Of a stretch of DNA of 64,000 nt, positions 1 through 13,716 are shown in pieces. Both the position numbers and the translations under genes were made by a program. How positions within the stretch are numbered: the first letter of the stretch is position 1; each line of letters opens with the position of its first letter. The DNA lies in contig NC_043006.1 in assembly GCF_006345805.1 (NCBI RefSeq), positions 7,874,001 through 7,938,000 on the forward strand, read 5' to 3'. The notes under the pieces were generated by a model, which was not told the origin of the DNA, made no database searches, and saw only the letters and a program-made list of their open reading frames with translations. This stretch comes from Octopus sinensis (lineage: Eukaryota).

Positions 1-329
1 TCTAGTTTGTGCAATTATTAATTCATTTTTCATGCGGTGGTATATCTATTGATTACTAATCACTCTTATTTTGATTCATTTCGAATGCAACTGGTTGTGA
101 AAGGAAGCAGCGTAAATATTAAATATTGGCAGGCCTACTGAAATGTTATGATTAGGGTTGGAGCAGAGATTTGCCCGGAGATCATTTATGTGTACTGCAT
201 TTTAAATAAAGATGGAAGCCAGGCATTGACGTACACAAACAATTTATATGCACACGCGTATACATATATACGATCACAGATATATAGACCTGCAGTTATG
301 TGTATGTATATTTATCTACATGCACAAAT

Positions 330-355
330 ATATTCATACACACACACACACACAG

Positions 356-387
<32 letters not shown>

Positions 388-632
388 CTTTGTGTGTGTG
401 TGTGTTTCTACGAGTGCATGCATGTAGTAGTACGTGTGTATAAATATATATGTGTGTATATGTGTGTATAGTATGAGTACATAGCTATATTTATGTATAT
501 ACCTATGTATATACTAAGTATATGAATATATGTATATATATACATATGAAAAAACAAACATGACTGCAAAAACATATATATACATATATATATATATAAA
601 TGAAAATATGTGGGCGTTTATGTATACATATG

Positions 633-697
<65 letters not shown>

Positions 698-764
698 CCA
701 CACATACATACATATATACATACATATATACATACATACATACATACATACATACATACATACA

Positions 765-795
<31 letters not shown>

Positions 796-830
796 CCGTT
801 CATTAGATTCTCAACTATGCAGACAAATTC
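330..830. repeat. Compound (CA)n/(TA)n/(TACA)n microsatellite cluster
   Basis: Directly visible di- and tetranucleotide runs; source of the YI/HT/CV ORFs. Confidence 0.95.
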
Positions 831-1082
831 CATCTGAAACTCGTACTCGTAGACATAACCTGCATGAAAACAAAGTTTAAATTTAATTTTCCAAATTGTT
901 TACTTAATTTAAACTAATTCTTGACTTTCTACAATCATCTTTAGCTTTGTGCGTCGGTAAACATTGCTCCTAAGTTTTTGCTATTTTCTTCAACTTCAAA
1001 GAAAAAATAAATTTGAATGCAGCATTCACTGTATTCTATTACTATGATTTCTACACACAGACACATACACACGCACACGCAC

Positions 1083-1517
<435 letters not shown>

Positions 1518-1669
1518 CGTGTTTGTGTGTGTGTGTGTGTACCAGCAGGTAGGACAAAGGTACACACCAGAGTGATGTGAAACACTCAGACAGAAAAAAA
1601 CAGAACGACCATGGTCGTGCTGTAGCATGACCACGGCCGCATGGATGAAATGAGTAAAAGAGTAAAATA

Positions 1670-1701
<32 letters not shown>

Positions 1702-1801
1702 TATATATAAAACGTAAGAAATCAAGAATGAATGCTGTGTGTTTTTTTATATACCTGCATTTGTCAATATACACATGCACGCAAACACACACACGCACAC
1801 G

Positions 1802-1834
<33 letters not shown>

Positions 1835-1889
1835 GTCTCTCCACCTCTTGTCACCTATGTTGCACCCAACATCATACTCACTTGTCTCT

Positions 1890-2153
1890 TTGTATATGTA
1901 TGTGTGTATGCATATATGTATGCGTGTATGTATGCATGTATCTATTTGTATGTATGTATGCATGTATGCATGTATGTATGTATGTATGAAATTCATGTAT
2001 GTATGTATGTATGTATGTGTGTATGTATGTATATATGTATGTATATATGCATGTATGTATGTGTGTATGTATGTATGTATGTATGTGTGTATGTATGTGT
2101 GTATGTATGTATGTATGTATGTATGTATTTATTTATGTATGTATGTATGTGTG
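1890..2153. repeat. (TATG)n microsatellite
   Basis: Visible tetranucleotide array. Confidence 0.95.
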
Positions 2154-2155
2154 TA

Positions 2156-3400
2156 CAGGGTGGATCAGAGAGAACGGAAGATTTTGAAAATTTCACATCA
2201 TTACTTTTAGCTGAAAACAGTTTTTATTGACATCAAGATGTTCGTATTGAATGAGCATTGTCAAAATCAATTGTGGAAAACAACATCCATCATGTGGTGT
2301 CCGTTCTCATTGATGCATTTGTGAAGACGTTCTTGGAAGTCGGCCTCCACTCTCTCCAGCATTGCTCTGTCGATCTGGGCGACTTCCACGCGAATAGCTT
2401 CCTTCAAATCGTCCAATGTACGGGGCTTATGCGCATACACATGTACCTTGAGGTTTTCCCCCACAATAAATAATCACACATGGACAATCATGGGATCTCA
2501 GGGGCCAAAGAATATTAGGAAACCTAAAAATGAGGCGGTCACCGAAGAGAGGGCGAAGAGCATCCATTGATGCTCTAGCTATGTGGGCCGTCGTTGTCCC
2601 ATCCTAATGAAACCACACATGTGGCACAGGCATATGTTTTCGTTGTAATTCAGACACAAAGAAGTTGTTTATTATCTCGAGGTAACGCTCAGAATTCACA
2701 GTAACAGCATTTCCATTATTGTCTTCCAAAAATTAAGGACCAATGACAGAAGCCTTTCCAACAGCACACCAGAGTTTTGAGCTGTGCAGTGGTCTTCCAT
2801 GCATTTTTTTAGGATTTTCAAGGGCCCAATAACAACAGTTCTTTTGCTTCACCATGCCATTGAGATGTAAATGAGCTCCATCATTCATTGACAAAATATA
2901 TTTGTCATTTGCCTCTAAAATTGCTTTCATCTGACGTGCGAAATTAGACCGCTGTACATAGTCCCAGAGTTTCAATTCTTGCCCAATGACCAATTTGTAC
3001 GAGTAGAAATGCAGTTCTTCGTGCAAAACATGCCTGACCGATCAAGAACCGATGCCAAGTTCAGTGGAACGCCTACGAGCAGAGCGATTCGGACTCCGTG
3101 TCAAAGCGTGTCTGATGCGTCCTACATATTCCGGGGTCCGTCCCATTCGTGGCACCCTTACCGATTTCCTGTTCATTAGTGTACCTCGTATACGAAGTGC
3201 ATTCACCCAACGAGTGGGAACAGCCTGATTTCGGTGAATGTTGTAGCGGCACCGAAACTCATGTTGAACTATCCTGACAGACTGGTCATTCTTCATGTAA
3301 TTTTCGTAGGCAAACACGCGATACGCTATCGTTCCCAGCGCCGTTTCTTCACATAAGAAGAAGAAAAAAATGCTAAGACTCTACTGACCGAATGCGCCGT
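2156..3400 (-). mobile_element. Tc1/mariner-superfamily (maT/rosa-like) transposon, frameshifted transposase
   Basis: TA|CAGGGTG terminus; ORFs 3042-3317 (HTH, PTRWVNALRIRGTL), 2733-3026 (NDGAHLHLNG..KNCCYWALENP, SDEAHF-like) and 2267-2464 (LDDLKEAIR..FQERLHKCINENGHH); other terminus not seen. Confidence 0.9.
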
Positions 3401-3404
3401 CATA

Positions 3405-4370
3405 ATTAAATACTAAACTTCTGGAGTTTTACAAATGTTGACAGTTCCTGGTTTCAAGAATCTTAATTTCTCAAGATTGAGGCTTAGGCTGTTTGTTACA
3501 TATGCCAGTACCCCAATAATTACAGATATAAACCTGAACTTGTAATCCGTGTCGAATATTTGTAAATATCTCAATAGTTCAACGTAGGTGCTGTTTTCCA
3601 ATACTCTACATAGTTTCTATTCTCTGTCACAAATCACTGTCTGAGCTATTACGCTTACATTTTATTCACATTTTCACTAGGATATTCCACTAGTACTCTT
3701 TCATATTATGACTGGCTTTGGCCTCTACCATACTGTAGATTCTTATGCGTTTGGCCTTCCAACGAATCTTATACAGTGTCTCGCCTACAATATCATGTCT
3801 CATCGGTAGATAATAACGCAATGACACTTTTGGTCAACTACTTATGATGGCGGGGTGATATTTCCGGTGTTAACTCCATAAAGTTGGCACCGGTTATCAC
3901 ATTTTAATGTTTTGTTACGTCTCTGTCCCTTTCTGCATCAGGTATTCGGTTGTAGTTCCTATTCCTGGATTGCAAACACTTACCCTTCAAAATGAGAGTT
4001 TGTAATAGATAGACTGTTTTGATGATATGGATATGATAGCAGAAAGCTCATCCTGTAGCTTTCCGCTAACATATCCAACTATAGACTTCTGTTAATATGC
4101 AGTCATATTTTTATCTGATGATACTTTGCACTAGAATCTGGATCGATGTTAGGCTCTGTCTTCTTGTTTTCGTTTTAAATAGCGGCGATCTACGTCGCCG
4201 CTGATGTGAAAATTATTTGTATCCCGGACGGGCAGTATCTTTCAGATTTTCATATCAATAACTCGGATCTCAAGTGTTCAATCAAGTAGTTAAAATGTTG
4301 GTATGAACACTGGTACTGCAAATGCATTGTGGGCCACTACTTTGTTTAATGCACAGTTCTAAGGTCCATA
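3405..4370 (-). mobile_element. Decayed REL-endonuclease non-LTR retrotransposon (R4/Dong-like), 3' part
   Basis: ORF 3413-3601 YVELLRYLQIFDTDYKFRFISVIIGVLAYV; collinear with the 33640-34400 fragment. Confidence 0.7.
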
Positions 4371-4409
4371 TTTTCCTTCTTTATTGACACGTCTGGTTAC
4401 AAGTACCAT

Positions 4410-4510
4410 CATGTGCGTGTATGTATGTATGTATGTATGTATGTATGTATGGATGGATGGATGGATGGATGGATGGATGGATGGATGGATGGATATATGT
4501 ATGTATGTAT
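4410..4510. repeat. (TATG)n-(GGAT)n microsatellite
   Basis: Visible repeats. Confidence 0.95.
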
Positions 4511-4744
4511 ATTTCAACTTTCCAGTAAGACAACACTAGTATTCTAACACACATTGACATCATGAACAGACAGATACTTGGAATGCACTCAAAAGTTGAT
4601 ATGCTTATCTTGTCTGTTTCGGCAATCAACTAGTTCAGGCGAAAATTCCTCAGTGGGTAACATCGCATCCCAACGACCGAACGATCTCTTTAGAATGAGA
4701 AGAAAATTAAAACTCCAGTATATTATTAATACTTTACAAAGCTT

Positions 4745-5190
4745 AGGTGAGGTACAGAATGGAGCATTACTGACACATCCGGGACGGTGTTGCTGCTGTG
4801 CACACTAACGTCCGGGACTACATCCAGAAGAGCGGCGCACATTCAAAGACTCTGGCTCACAAGCATACTGTCACCTTTCTCAGCATTTTCTAGCGCCAGT
4901 TTAATTGCCTTCTTGAGTGGCCTCTGCTCTTTTGAGCTGACTGAGTTCTTGACACCGACTCTCAAAGATTTTTCCCGCTCTTACTCATCTATCCTTCTCT
5001 CATCCCTTTGAAATGACCAATACCACAGACACCACATCATTATACTCAGTCCTTCATTTCCAGAGTGTCAATCCTTTAGAATTCCTTCCATATCTTTCAG
5101 TTGTTGACTTACAAAGATTCCAGAGAAAATAAATGGCATCAATCTAAACGCTCTGGGTGGGGCTGCAAAATATATGGTCACTTGTCCTTC
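4745..5190 (-). mobile_element. Possible decayed LINE RNase H fragment
   Basis: Minus-strand NSVSSKEQRPLKKAIKLALENAEKGDSMLVSQSL resembles the RNase H AEL.AI..AL...DSQS pattern; stops and frameshifts. Confidence 0.35.
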
Positions 5191-5958
5191 CTTCGGACTG
5201 AGTATGCGTCTGTGTACATATATACTTACATATGTGTATATATATTCATATATGCATATATGTATATATAAATGTATGCACGTATATATATGTGTAAGCG
5301 TGTGTGTGTATGTGTATGTCCATGTGTGTACATATGTATAGTTTGGAAACAGCTTCCTTTGAAGCTTAATTCCAGCAAGATAAAGATACGAGTAATTTTA
5401 ATTTGATATTTTTATTAAGGTTTCCTTTTTCGCGTATTTCATGATTAATCCTTTCTGCTAAAGACGAGAGATTAGCATTCCTAAATCCATTATTTCACTA
5501 ATTTTTCTAATCTCTCTTAACTCAATCTTCATTGTACAAAATGGCTGAATGTTGTGCTTTCACGTGCTTTAAGTAGTTTCGCAAAGAAGCTTGGAAATAC
5601 TAATTTCTTTATTTCTTTCTTTATTTATCTACAGCGCTGGATTAGAAATGTATTCAGCGATTAACTCTGCTAGGTTTTCTAATTAATTTAGATATTCTGT
5701 CTGAGTATTTATTAACTTTTTCTGATAGTAAAAATATATTACATCATTTTTATGAGCCTTTGAATTTTCATCAACGAATTACCACCAAATATGTAACTCT
5801 TACATATAAAATATACTTTAGTAAGTAAATAATGCACCATTAGATTAGTGGAATATGCACACCAAAAACAAGTTCACCCATACATTTATAATCAGACTTG
5901 ACATCCAAAAGAAAAGGCTCCACAACACTTATAGCAAAGTTATGTGGACGGATTCTCA

Positions 5959-6361
5959 TATATTTCTTTATTGCCCACAAGGGGCTAAATATAGAGGGGA
6001 CAAACAAGGACAGACAAACGGATTAAGTTGATTATATCGACCCCAGTGCGTAACTGGTACTTATTTAATCGATCCCGAAAGGATGAAAAGCAAAGTCGAC
6101 GTCGGCGGAATTTGAACTCAGAACGTAGCGGCAGAGGAATTACCTATTTCTTTACTACCCACAAGGGGTTAAACACAGAGGACAAACAAAGAGAGACAAA
6201 CGGATTAAGTCGATTACATCGACCCAGTGCGTAACTGGTACTTATTTAATCGATCCCGAAAGGATGAAAGGCAAAGTCGACCTCGGCGGAATTTGAACTC
6301 AGAACGTAACGGCAGACGAAATACCGCTAAGCATTTCGTCCGGCGTGCTAACGTTTCTGCC
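5959..6361 (-). mobile_element. tRNA-derived SINE (main family), dimeric copy
   Basis: Pol III-like head (TGGCAGAAACG, GAGTTCAAATTCC) plus core CCTTTCATCCTTTCGGGGTCGAT twice; 12-bp TSD GACGGATTCTCA at 5947-5958 and 6362-6373. Confidence 0.95.
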
Positions 6362-7330
6362 GACGGATTCTCAAAGCTACGGTTCGGAAATTATATATAT
6401 GGATATTTTAGTTTTTAATTTTATTTATATTCATTCGAGTTATGTAAGAGTGGGATTGCAGGTTTTTACTCCGAAATTTGTAGTCATCCTTTGCAATTTC
6501 AATCAATACAGAATTCCGTAACCAGAGTTTCCGTAATGCGTCAATACCGGCACATTTTTATTGTTGAGTAACTATTGAAACTGAACATTTCTGTGCATAT
6601 AAGTTTCTAGCTACGTCTTCCATAGACTTGAATGTACTTGTTTCATAATGAGATTTTTATTTAAGCAAAAGACAAGACATTTCGACAGGAGGATGTTGTG
6701 GATGGTCTATACTTTGAAGCACTTTCGTCATGAATTAAATATATATTACATATATCGAATTCGCTGTAGTCGCCATTTGTCATAAATTTCACTTGAGTTC
6801 CTGCCAGTTATCTGTCTTAAAACGAAGCATATAAAGAAACAATAAATTTTATTAGCAACGGATGTCCTCGTAAATTATAAATGATTTGCCATGTTTTAAA
6901 CGTAAGATTGTTTTCACTGTGTGAATAACCCTGTTCAATACAAATTTTGACGGCAATGATTTTCTTTGATTCTCCATCATCTTCATTAATTACTAAGATT
7001 CTGCGAGCATTGGAACAGGCGAAACTAACACTTGATACCTCAAACTAGAACTGGAAGAGACATTCCCATATCTCTCTTGCTGAGTAACTTCATTTTCTAA
7101 CATTTATGCCATTACATGATAGAGAACGAAGAAACTAATCAACAAAGACTATGAAAAGAAAAGAAGCGTTGATAGTAAATGAGTAGAGGGGACATTTGGG
7201 GGATCGGAATGACTGTAAAAGGATTAGAACATTTTATTCTGATAGAGATTAATAGATATTGAAGAATGGATGTAATAACATGCAAATTTTATTCGATATG
7301 CAAAAGCGTTTCATTTATTATTATAGATTA

Positions 7331-7728
7331 CTAGCAGTATCGCCCGGCGTTGCTCGGGTTTGTAAGGGAAATAACTATATAAGCATTTTTAGAGAGTTAT
7401 AGCAAAAAAATAGAAAAAAAATGCATTAAAAATGGAAAAAAAATGATGGTAAATTTTTTTTAAATCGTTGACTCATCGTAGACATTTTTAGAGAGTTACT
7501 TCCCTTATATCATAGCGAAAGAAATGCATTAAAATGGAAAAAAATGATGGTAAATTATTTTTAAAATCGTAGACTCATCGTAGACGCGCGCTAATACCCA
7601 GAAGAGCTCGATATGAATCACGACTATAAGATACCCTGTTTTGGTTAAACTGCATCGCAAAATGTGGGAGTAGTTAGGAATCTAAATCGTAGGAGACAGA
7701 CACATGACTTGACTTTTATATATAAAGA
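7331..7728 (-). mobile_element. Non-autonomous Helitron, 398 bp
   Basis: On minus strand A|TC...CTAG|T with subterminal hairpin CCCGAGCAACGCCGGG; four copies in window. Confidence 0.9.
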
Positions 7729-9352
7729 TATAATACACAAAGATATAATACACAAACTAAATATCTTACATGCAAATGATGAACCACTAAGACACAAGTT
7801 TTCCGAGGTTTCATAAAACAGATGTAAATGATATATCGTGTTGCTGAAGATTTCTGATGCAAAAATAAGAGCATCATTTTTCTCCTCTACAGAAGAGTTT
7901 GATTCAACAGAATAAACAGGAAACAGGTTGATAGTGGACTCCTTTAATAGTTCAATACTCTCTATGATGGTGAAATTGTTTGTAGTTTTTAGTAACCGAT
8001 ATAAGTATCCCAATATATATACTTGTTAATAAAAACTACTATCTTGGCAAAAATTTATGCTTTTAATGTGTAGACAGCACCGGGTTTTATTTTGATTTTT
8101 AATTGACACAAGTTTATTTCACCCACTACAGTATTCCGTTTGCGAATAGGTTAATGCAGTAAATGCCGCAACAAGGGGGTTTCACTTCCTGTGAAATATG
8201 TTGCCGTATTCCTCTCCAATAATACATCTTCCCATACAGCATATTAGGTTTCCGGTCTTGATCACTTCCATTGGTTATTGCCTAGGTATTATCAACTGTC
8301 TAACAACCCACATAGGAAAATAATTCACTAAACCATAATATATAACAAAAAAACAATTCACTAAACCATAACATATAACAAAAACAGTCATATTCTAGGT
8401 GTTATAATTTTATATTCACTATTTTAATAGTTTTTTTGTCAAAAAATACAGATAACATCTTATCTATATTTCAATGAAAAACTCGATACTTTGATGCATA
8501 TTTTACAAAGTCAGAATTCTGTCCAGTATTGCAATTTAACACATCATTATTATTCCACAACCTTTACGTTTCCAAAGCCTGGGAAATATTGCTTTCACTT
8601 TACAAATCAAGTCACTCTCAATATTTATTGGTTGAAATTTATTTTCTGCTGTGAATGCATTAATTAAAGTAAAACATCTCTTCAACTACGAGTTAAAACT
8701 TAATTGTGCGGTCTGATGCGGAGAACAGTTTGTAGAAGAAAGTTTACCAAATTGTAAGAGTTGGTTGGCAAAGCATTTAACGAAAATAGTAGAAATGTTG
8801 CATTATTTAGAAAAAAGTCAACATCAAGAAATACGACTTGGAATACAACCAAATTCACTTAATTTGAAACGATGGAATTGTCTTTAAGAAATTGCAGGCT
8901 CGTTGCCAGTGGTATTGACATAACAATGATAAGCGAATCAATCAGCACGCACGGGTTTATCAATACATTTCTCAAATGAAAATACTTAGGGTATGACATG
9001 TTCGAAAGAAGCGGGGGTGAATATTCTGTTAACTGTATTTAAAGTTCGGTTCAGCTTAATTTCTTTCAATTGAATTGTTTCCAAAGAAGCTAAATAAATA
9101 AAATGATAATACGACTAAATCTCGTGTATATTGCTGTGAAAATAGTCAAATTATTCAGTACAAAACATACAAGAACATGAATACTTTCATTTATTAAAGA
9201 AATAACTTTCCTATCTCCAGATTTATCTCATTTGCAGCAAGTGACGAGAACGAACTACACCCAATCCCTTATCTACATGATAATTCCCAAGCGAGACAAA
9301 ATACCATAATCTAGTAAACTAAAACACACACAGATAAACATTAATAATATTC

Positions 9353-9555
9353 GGCGAGCTAGCAGAACCGTTAGCACGTCGGGCGAAATGCATAACCGTA
9401 TTTCATCTGCCGTTACGTTCTGAGTTCAAATTCCGCCGAGGTCGACTTTGCTTTTCATCCTTTCGGGGTCGATAAATTAAGTACCAGTTACGTACTGGGG
9501 TCGATGTAATCGACTTAATCCGTTTTTTGTCCCCTCTATGGGTAATGAAGAAACA
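9353..9555 (+). mobile_element. tRNA-derived SINE (main family)
   Basis: Head, core and shortened tail; probable TSD AATATTCGG. Confidence 0.9.
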
Positions 9556-10226
9556 AATATTCGGTTTCTTTCTTACTATCGGGTTTAAAACTTGATATTT
9601 TATTGTGTACCGCCAACAAGGCTGAATTAATATTTCTTTCTAAACATATTTCTTCTAAATCACAAACACTTTGGATAGTTAGAGGGTAGATAAATTAGAA
9701 GATATATCGTGTAAAACTCCTATGTATGAGGGATCGGTTAACAACGAATATAACTATGGCGCCTGTCATAAAGTTAAGTAAATAATTAAACAACAATGTA
9801 ATGTATAATTATCAACCTCTCATTAATTGTTCTAACAAATTTCTCTAATTGCTTATGCGAACAGAAAATTTCATTCCCCACGGGACTGCTATTCTATTCA
9901 AAGATATTTTGCTTCCTTTCTGTCTATCAACAAAAGGAGTATTTGTTTGTCATTAGTCATATTGCCTTCAATAAGAAATGCCAATCCAATATGGTCAAAC
10001 TATGGGACGAAATAAGATAATAGGGGAGTGTATACCCGTGCACAAGGCACCTTATTACCTTGCTAATACCAAACATATCTTTATTATCTTAACTGGTATC
10101 CATTCATTATAAGGTTCTTGGGTGCACAGAAGGAGAATCCGATTATTACTCAATCGAAAATTATCGATCTTAGGATATTGGAATGAATTCCATAATAATC
10201 AAGTCTTTTTATCGTAAATGTCTATA

Positions 10227-10264
<38 letters not shown>

Positions 10265-10615
10265 GGAAAATACACTAGTTTTATGTCACTTGCTAATGTT
10301 GTCAACAACTCGACGCTGTGAATAATATGTTCTAATACCTGGTCTCCTCAGAACGATAGACTTTGTTAGATATTTTTCCAGCAATCTGTACTAGAGTGAG
10401 GTGGCACTAAATGTTGTTCCTTGTAATCTCACCTCCTTATAAATAATGTATTGTCATTATTCTTGCTAATTATATACATTAATTATATATATCCTTTTAT
10501 TCTCCAAGTTTAAACTTGTCGAAATCCTTCTGGATCGATAAAATAAGTATTGATCAAATATCAGCTAGATCTGTGGCCTTTCTTCATCTTGAAAATCAAT
10601 ATTTCTTGTCCTGTA

Positions 10616-10814
10616 GGTAGCGAACTGGCTGGATCGTTAGCACGCCGGACGAGATGTTTTTCGGCAGTCCGTCTGTCTTTGCGTTTTGAGTTCAAATTCT
10701 GCCGAGGTCGACTTTGCCTATCTCCTTTCGGAAGCGATAAAATAAGTACTGGGTCGATGTAATCGATTTGGCCTCTCCCATAAAACTGTTGGCTTTGTGT
10801 CAAGATTTGAAACC
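10616..10814 (+). mobile_element. tRNA-derived SINE, variant tail
   Basis: Same head and core; tail ...GGCTTTGTGTCAAGATTTGAAACC. Confidence 0.8.
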
Positions 10815-10889
10815 AATATTGTCATTATGTATGTAGCTGGTCTTAGCCCTAATCAGGTGGGTCGACCTGTAATAGACGAAGACGTCCTG

Positions 10890-11300
10890 TTAGGATGTCT
10901 TTCGGCAGAACACCGTTTCAAATTTTCCCTCGCCTGTGATGCTTAGCAGAAAGTCACGGTAGGAGAGGGAATCATCGCCGTTCGGGTGTTTAATGATGGC
11001 AAAGTTGATGTATTGGTCCATGTTATTGAATAATTCCAGCATTGTGGAGATTTCCTCGTGGGACGGAGTTAGTAAGAGGATATCGTTCACCTACCTAAAG
11101 AAGGCGCATGGGTAGCAGGTACTGAGTGCCCTGCACCCCAGCCGGTCTAATTAATAGCGAGCAGGCCTAAGAGGCTGAACCCTATAGGCAAGCCTGAACA
11201 CTGTTCATATGAGTTGCCGAGGAAATTAAAGTGTACGTTGACAACTATGACTGATAGTAGCTGGTGGGTATCGCAGTGGTAAGCTCGAGGAAGCGACACA
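10890..11300 (-). mobile_element. Penelope-like element reverse transcriptase fragment
   Basis: VNVHFNFLGNSYEQCSGLPIG (Q..G.PMG motif) and NDILLL..LELFNNMDQYINF..LSYRDFLL..FETVFCRK (YVDD to FYRKP region). Confidence 0.8.
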
Positions 11301-12006
11301 TTCTCCAACACTACCACCGCATTCACCACTATAGACGCCCGCCTTCATCACCACTACTGCTGCAAATTTATTCCACCGCCAGCACCACCGGCCCCAACAT
11401 GACCTTTATGGCACCAACTACACCAATATTTGGAGAGCTGCTGCTGCTAACTCAAAGGCCAGGTTATCCGAAATAGCAGGACTTATGTAAATACACATTT
11501 CTTTGGCTGTGTGCTTCTGGAGGTAGTCTTTGCACCCAAAATATAGAGGTTTTTAAACCTTTTGCAGTGTCAAAAGCTCTCCTTATTTTTCATTTCATTT
11601 ATTTTTTCTACTTTTGAACTAAAATACCTCAAGCATACTACAATGCTCTTCTTTAATTACAATTTCTTCAATCCCTAAATTCTTCCTCTCTGGCTCTCAC
11701 GCATTTCTAACGACATCTATCTGTTCATTGTAGATCCATCTACCGTTTTTACGAGTAGTTTTTCTTACAGGCTATTGATAATCCGTATCTTTTAATATGT
11801 AATCTATATAATTAAATTTATTGTTTTGATAATAATGGCTTTATGCAAGTCGTATTTAAAATAGTTATATAGTTTCTTATATATACTAGTGTTGTCCCGC
11901 TGTTTTCCATAAGTTTATACCTCACTAAATTATTTCCAATTGCAACTTCTTGAATCCCCATGCTCGTAATAGGACCATCAATACACTACGACGGTTTTAA
12001 TGTATT

Positions 12007-12432
12007 CTTATTTCTTTATTTCTTATTTCTTTACAGCCCACAAGGGGCTACACACAGAGGGGACAGACAAGAATAGAAAAACGGATTAAGTCGATTATAT
12101 CGACCCCAGTGCGTAACTGGTACTTATTTAATCAACCCTGAAGGATGAAAGGCAAAGTCGACCTCGGCGGAATTCGAACTCAGAACGCAGCGGCAGACGA
12201 AATACCTCTTTCTTTACTACCCACAAAGGGCTAAACGCAGAGAGGACAAACAAGGACAGGCAAACGGATTAAGTCGATTATATCGACCCCAGTGCGTAAC
12301 TGGTACTTATTTAATCGACCCTGAAGGATGAAAGGCAAAGTCGACTTCGGAGGAATTTGAACTCAGAACGCAGCGGCAGACGAAATACCGCTAATCATTT
12401 CGCCCGGCGTGCTAACGATTCTGCCAGCTCGC
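12007..12432 (-). mobile_element. tRNA-derived SINE (main family), dimeric copy
   Basis: One head plus two body-tail units, same junction as 5959-6361. Confidence 0.95.
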
Positions 12433-13149
12433 TTCTCCAAGAAACGCTGGGGAAGAGTTTCTCCTCTATAACTTACCCGATTCGAATGTCACATACTTCA
12501 CAATTTCTCTTTTGTCATATTTATCTCTCATATTAATTACAAAGTATTTTTTCTGCTACCTAAGTCTTACGGATCGGCCATGTACGTCTTCTTGTCACTA
12601 AATTCTTAGAAACTCTATCCTACACATTATTCTCTTCCCACTCTCAAAGCTTTTCTTGTGTTGTTCTTCCTTTAAATACTTTTGCAATATCATCTTACAT
12701 CCTACCAGAATTCTATCCATATATCATTTCCTTTTTATTTATCCATTCATTCTAATTTTCTCACAACGTTTTTACCTCTTCTTCGATGACGAACATTGAT
12801 TGTGCCTTCAGTTTCTTTCAAAAGCACAACATTTTGTTTCTGACTTCTTTCTTCTATACAGTATTCATTCTCTCAAACTTTTTCATTGCATTGTAATGTG
12901 TTGCCCTAACTTTGTTTCTTTATCTACATATTTCATATTCTTAACACTTCTGCTACTGGTTTTCTTGTTACCAATGCTGGCCCTCCAGATTCTTCTATTT
13001 ATTCTATCCGTTTATCTACCGGCTTAGTTTAAGATCGTGCATCACAGGCCCAATCTCTAAAGCTGCTTTTCTATTTGATGTTTTACATTGATTAAACTTT
13101 TCTTTCGAATTATGACTTCTAATACTTTTAACGACTATCTCTACTTTAT

Positions 13150-13152
13150 GTG

Positions 13153-13240
<88 letters not shown>

Positions 13241-13262
13241 GTGTGTGTGTGTGTGTGTGTGT
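13150..13262. repeat. (TA)n-(TG)n microsatellite
   Basis: Visible repeats. Confidence 0.95.
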
Positions 13263-13519
13263 AATTTACATTTTGTTTCCCTGTATCTACACGCCAGAAT
13301 ATTTCGTAACTTGTTTTTCTTAGATCAGCAGTAATTGCAGATCATTTTATTCCATAACCTTCCCCAGTTCTACGGCGTCTGGAATATTTTATCACATGGG
13401 ACTTTATATGACGGGGAGCGTTAGATCAATTGAGGCATTGTATCACATGGATCATTATGGAACCATTAGCGTTATATTACATGAAACATTAGTTCACCAA
13501 CACCACAATAACTTCTTAT

Positions 13520-13716
13520 ACGATCACAAGTCTGGATATTTTGGAGAGGAATATAATCTGTTATATCAATCCAAGAACTTGACCAATAGTTGACATTATC
13601 GACTCCAGAGTTATGGAGGACAAAATTGACCTCGTCAAGATTCGAACTTACAGCTAAACCAGCGAATATGACAAAATATATTTCCGACGCTTTAATGGTT
13701 CTGCCGTATTACCGCC
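13520..13716 (-). mobile_element. Old degenerate SINE
   Basis: Residual ATCGACTCC..GACCTCGTCAAGATTCGAACTTACAG similarity to the main family. Confidence 0.55.

Noticed and set aside
6028-6418. Recurrent ORFs of the type MRNWYLFNRSRKDE.. (also at 10550, 21981, 22042, 29616, 48887, 60810)
   Set aside because: Chance open frames in SINE consensus sequences
7760-8950. Integrase-like (YYWRGIRQHI) and MULE-like (FQPINIESD..KAIFP) peptide traces; ORF 7645-8013
   Set aside because: Too degenerate to assign; no catalytic motif recoverable
12480-13100. Strand-skewed block resembling an ancient LINE endonuclease
   Set aside because: Compositional resemblance only
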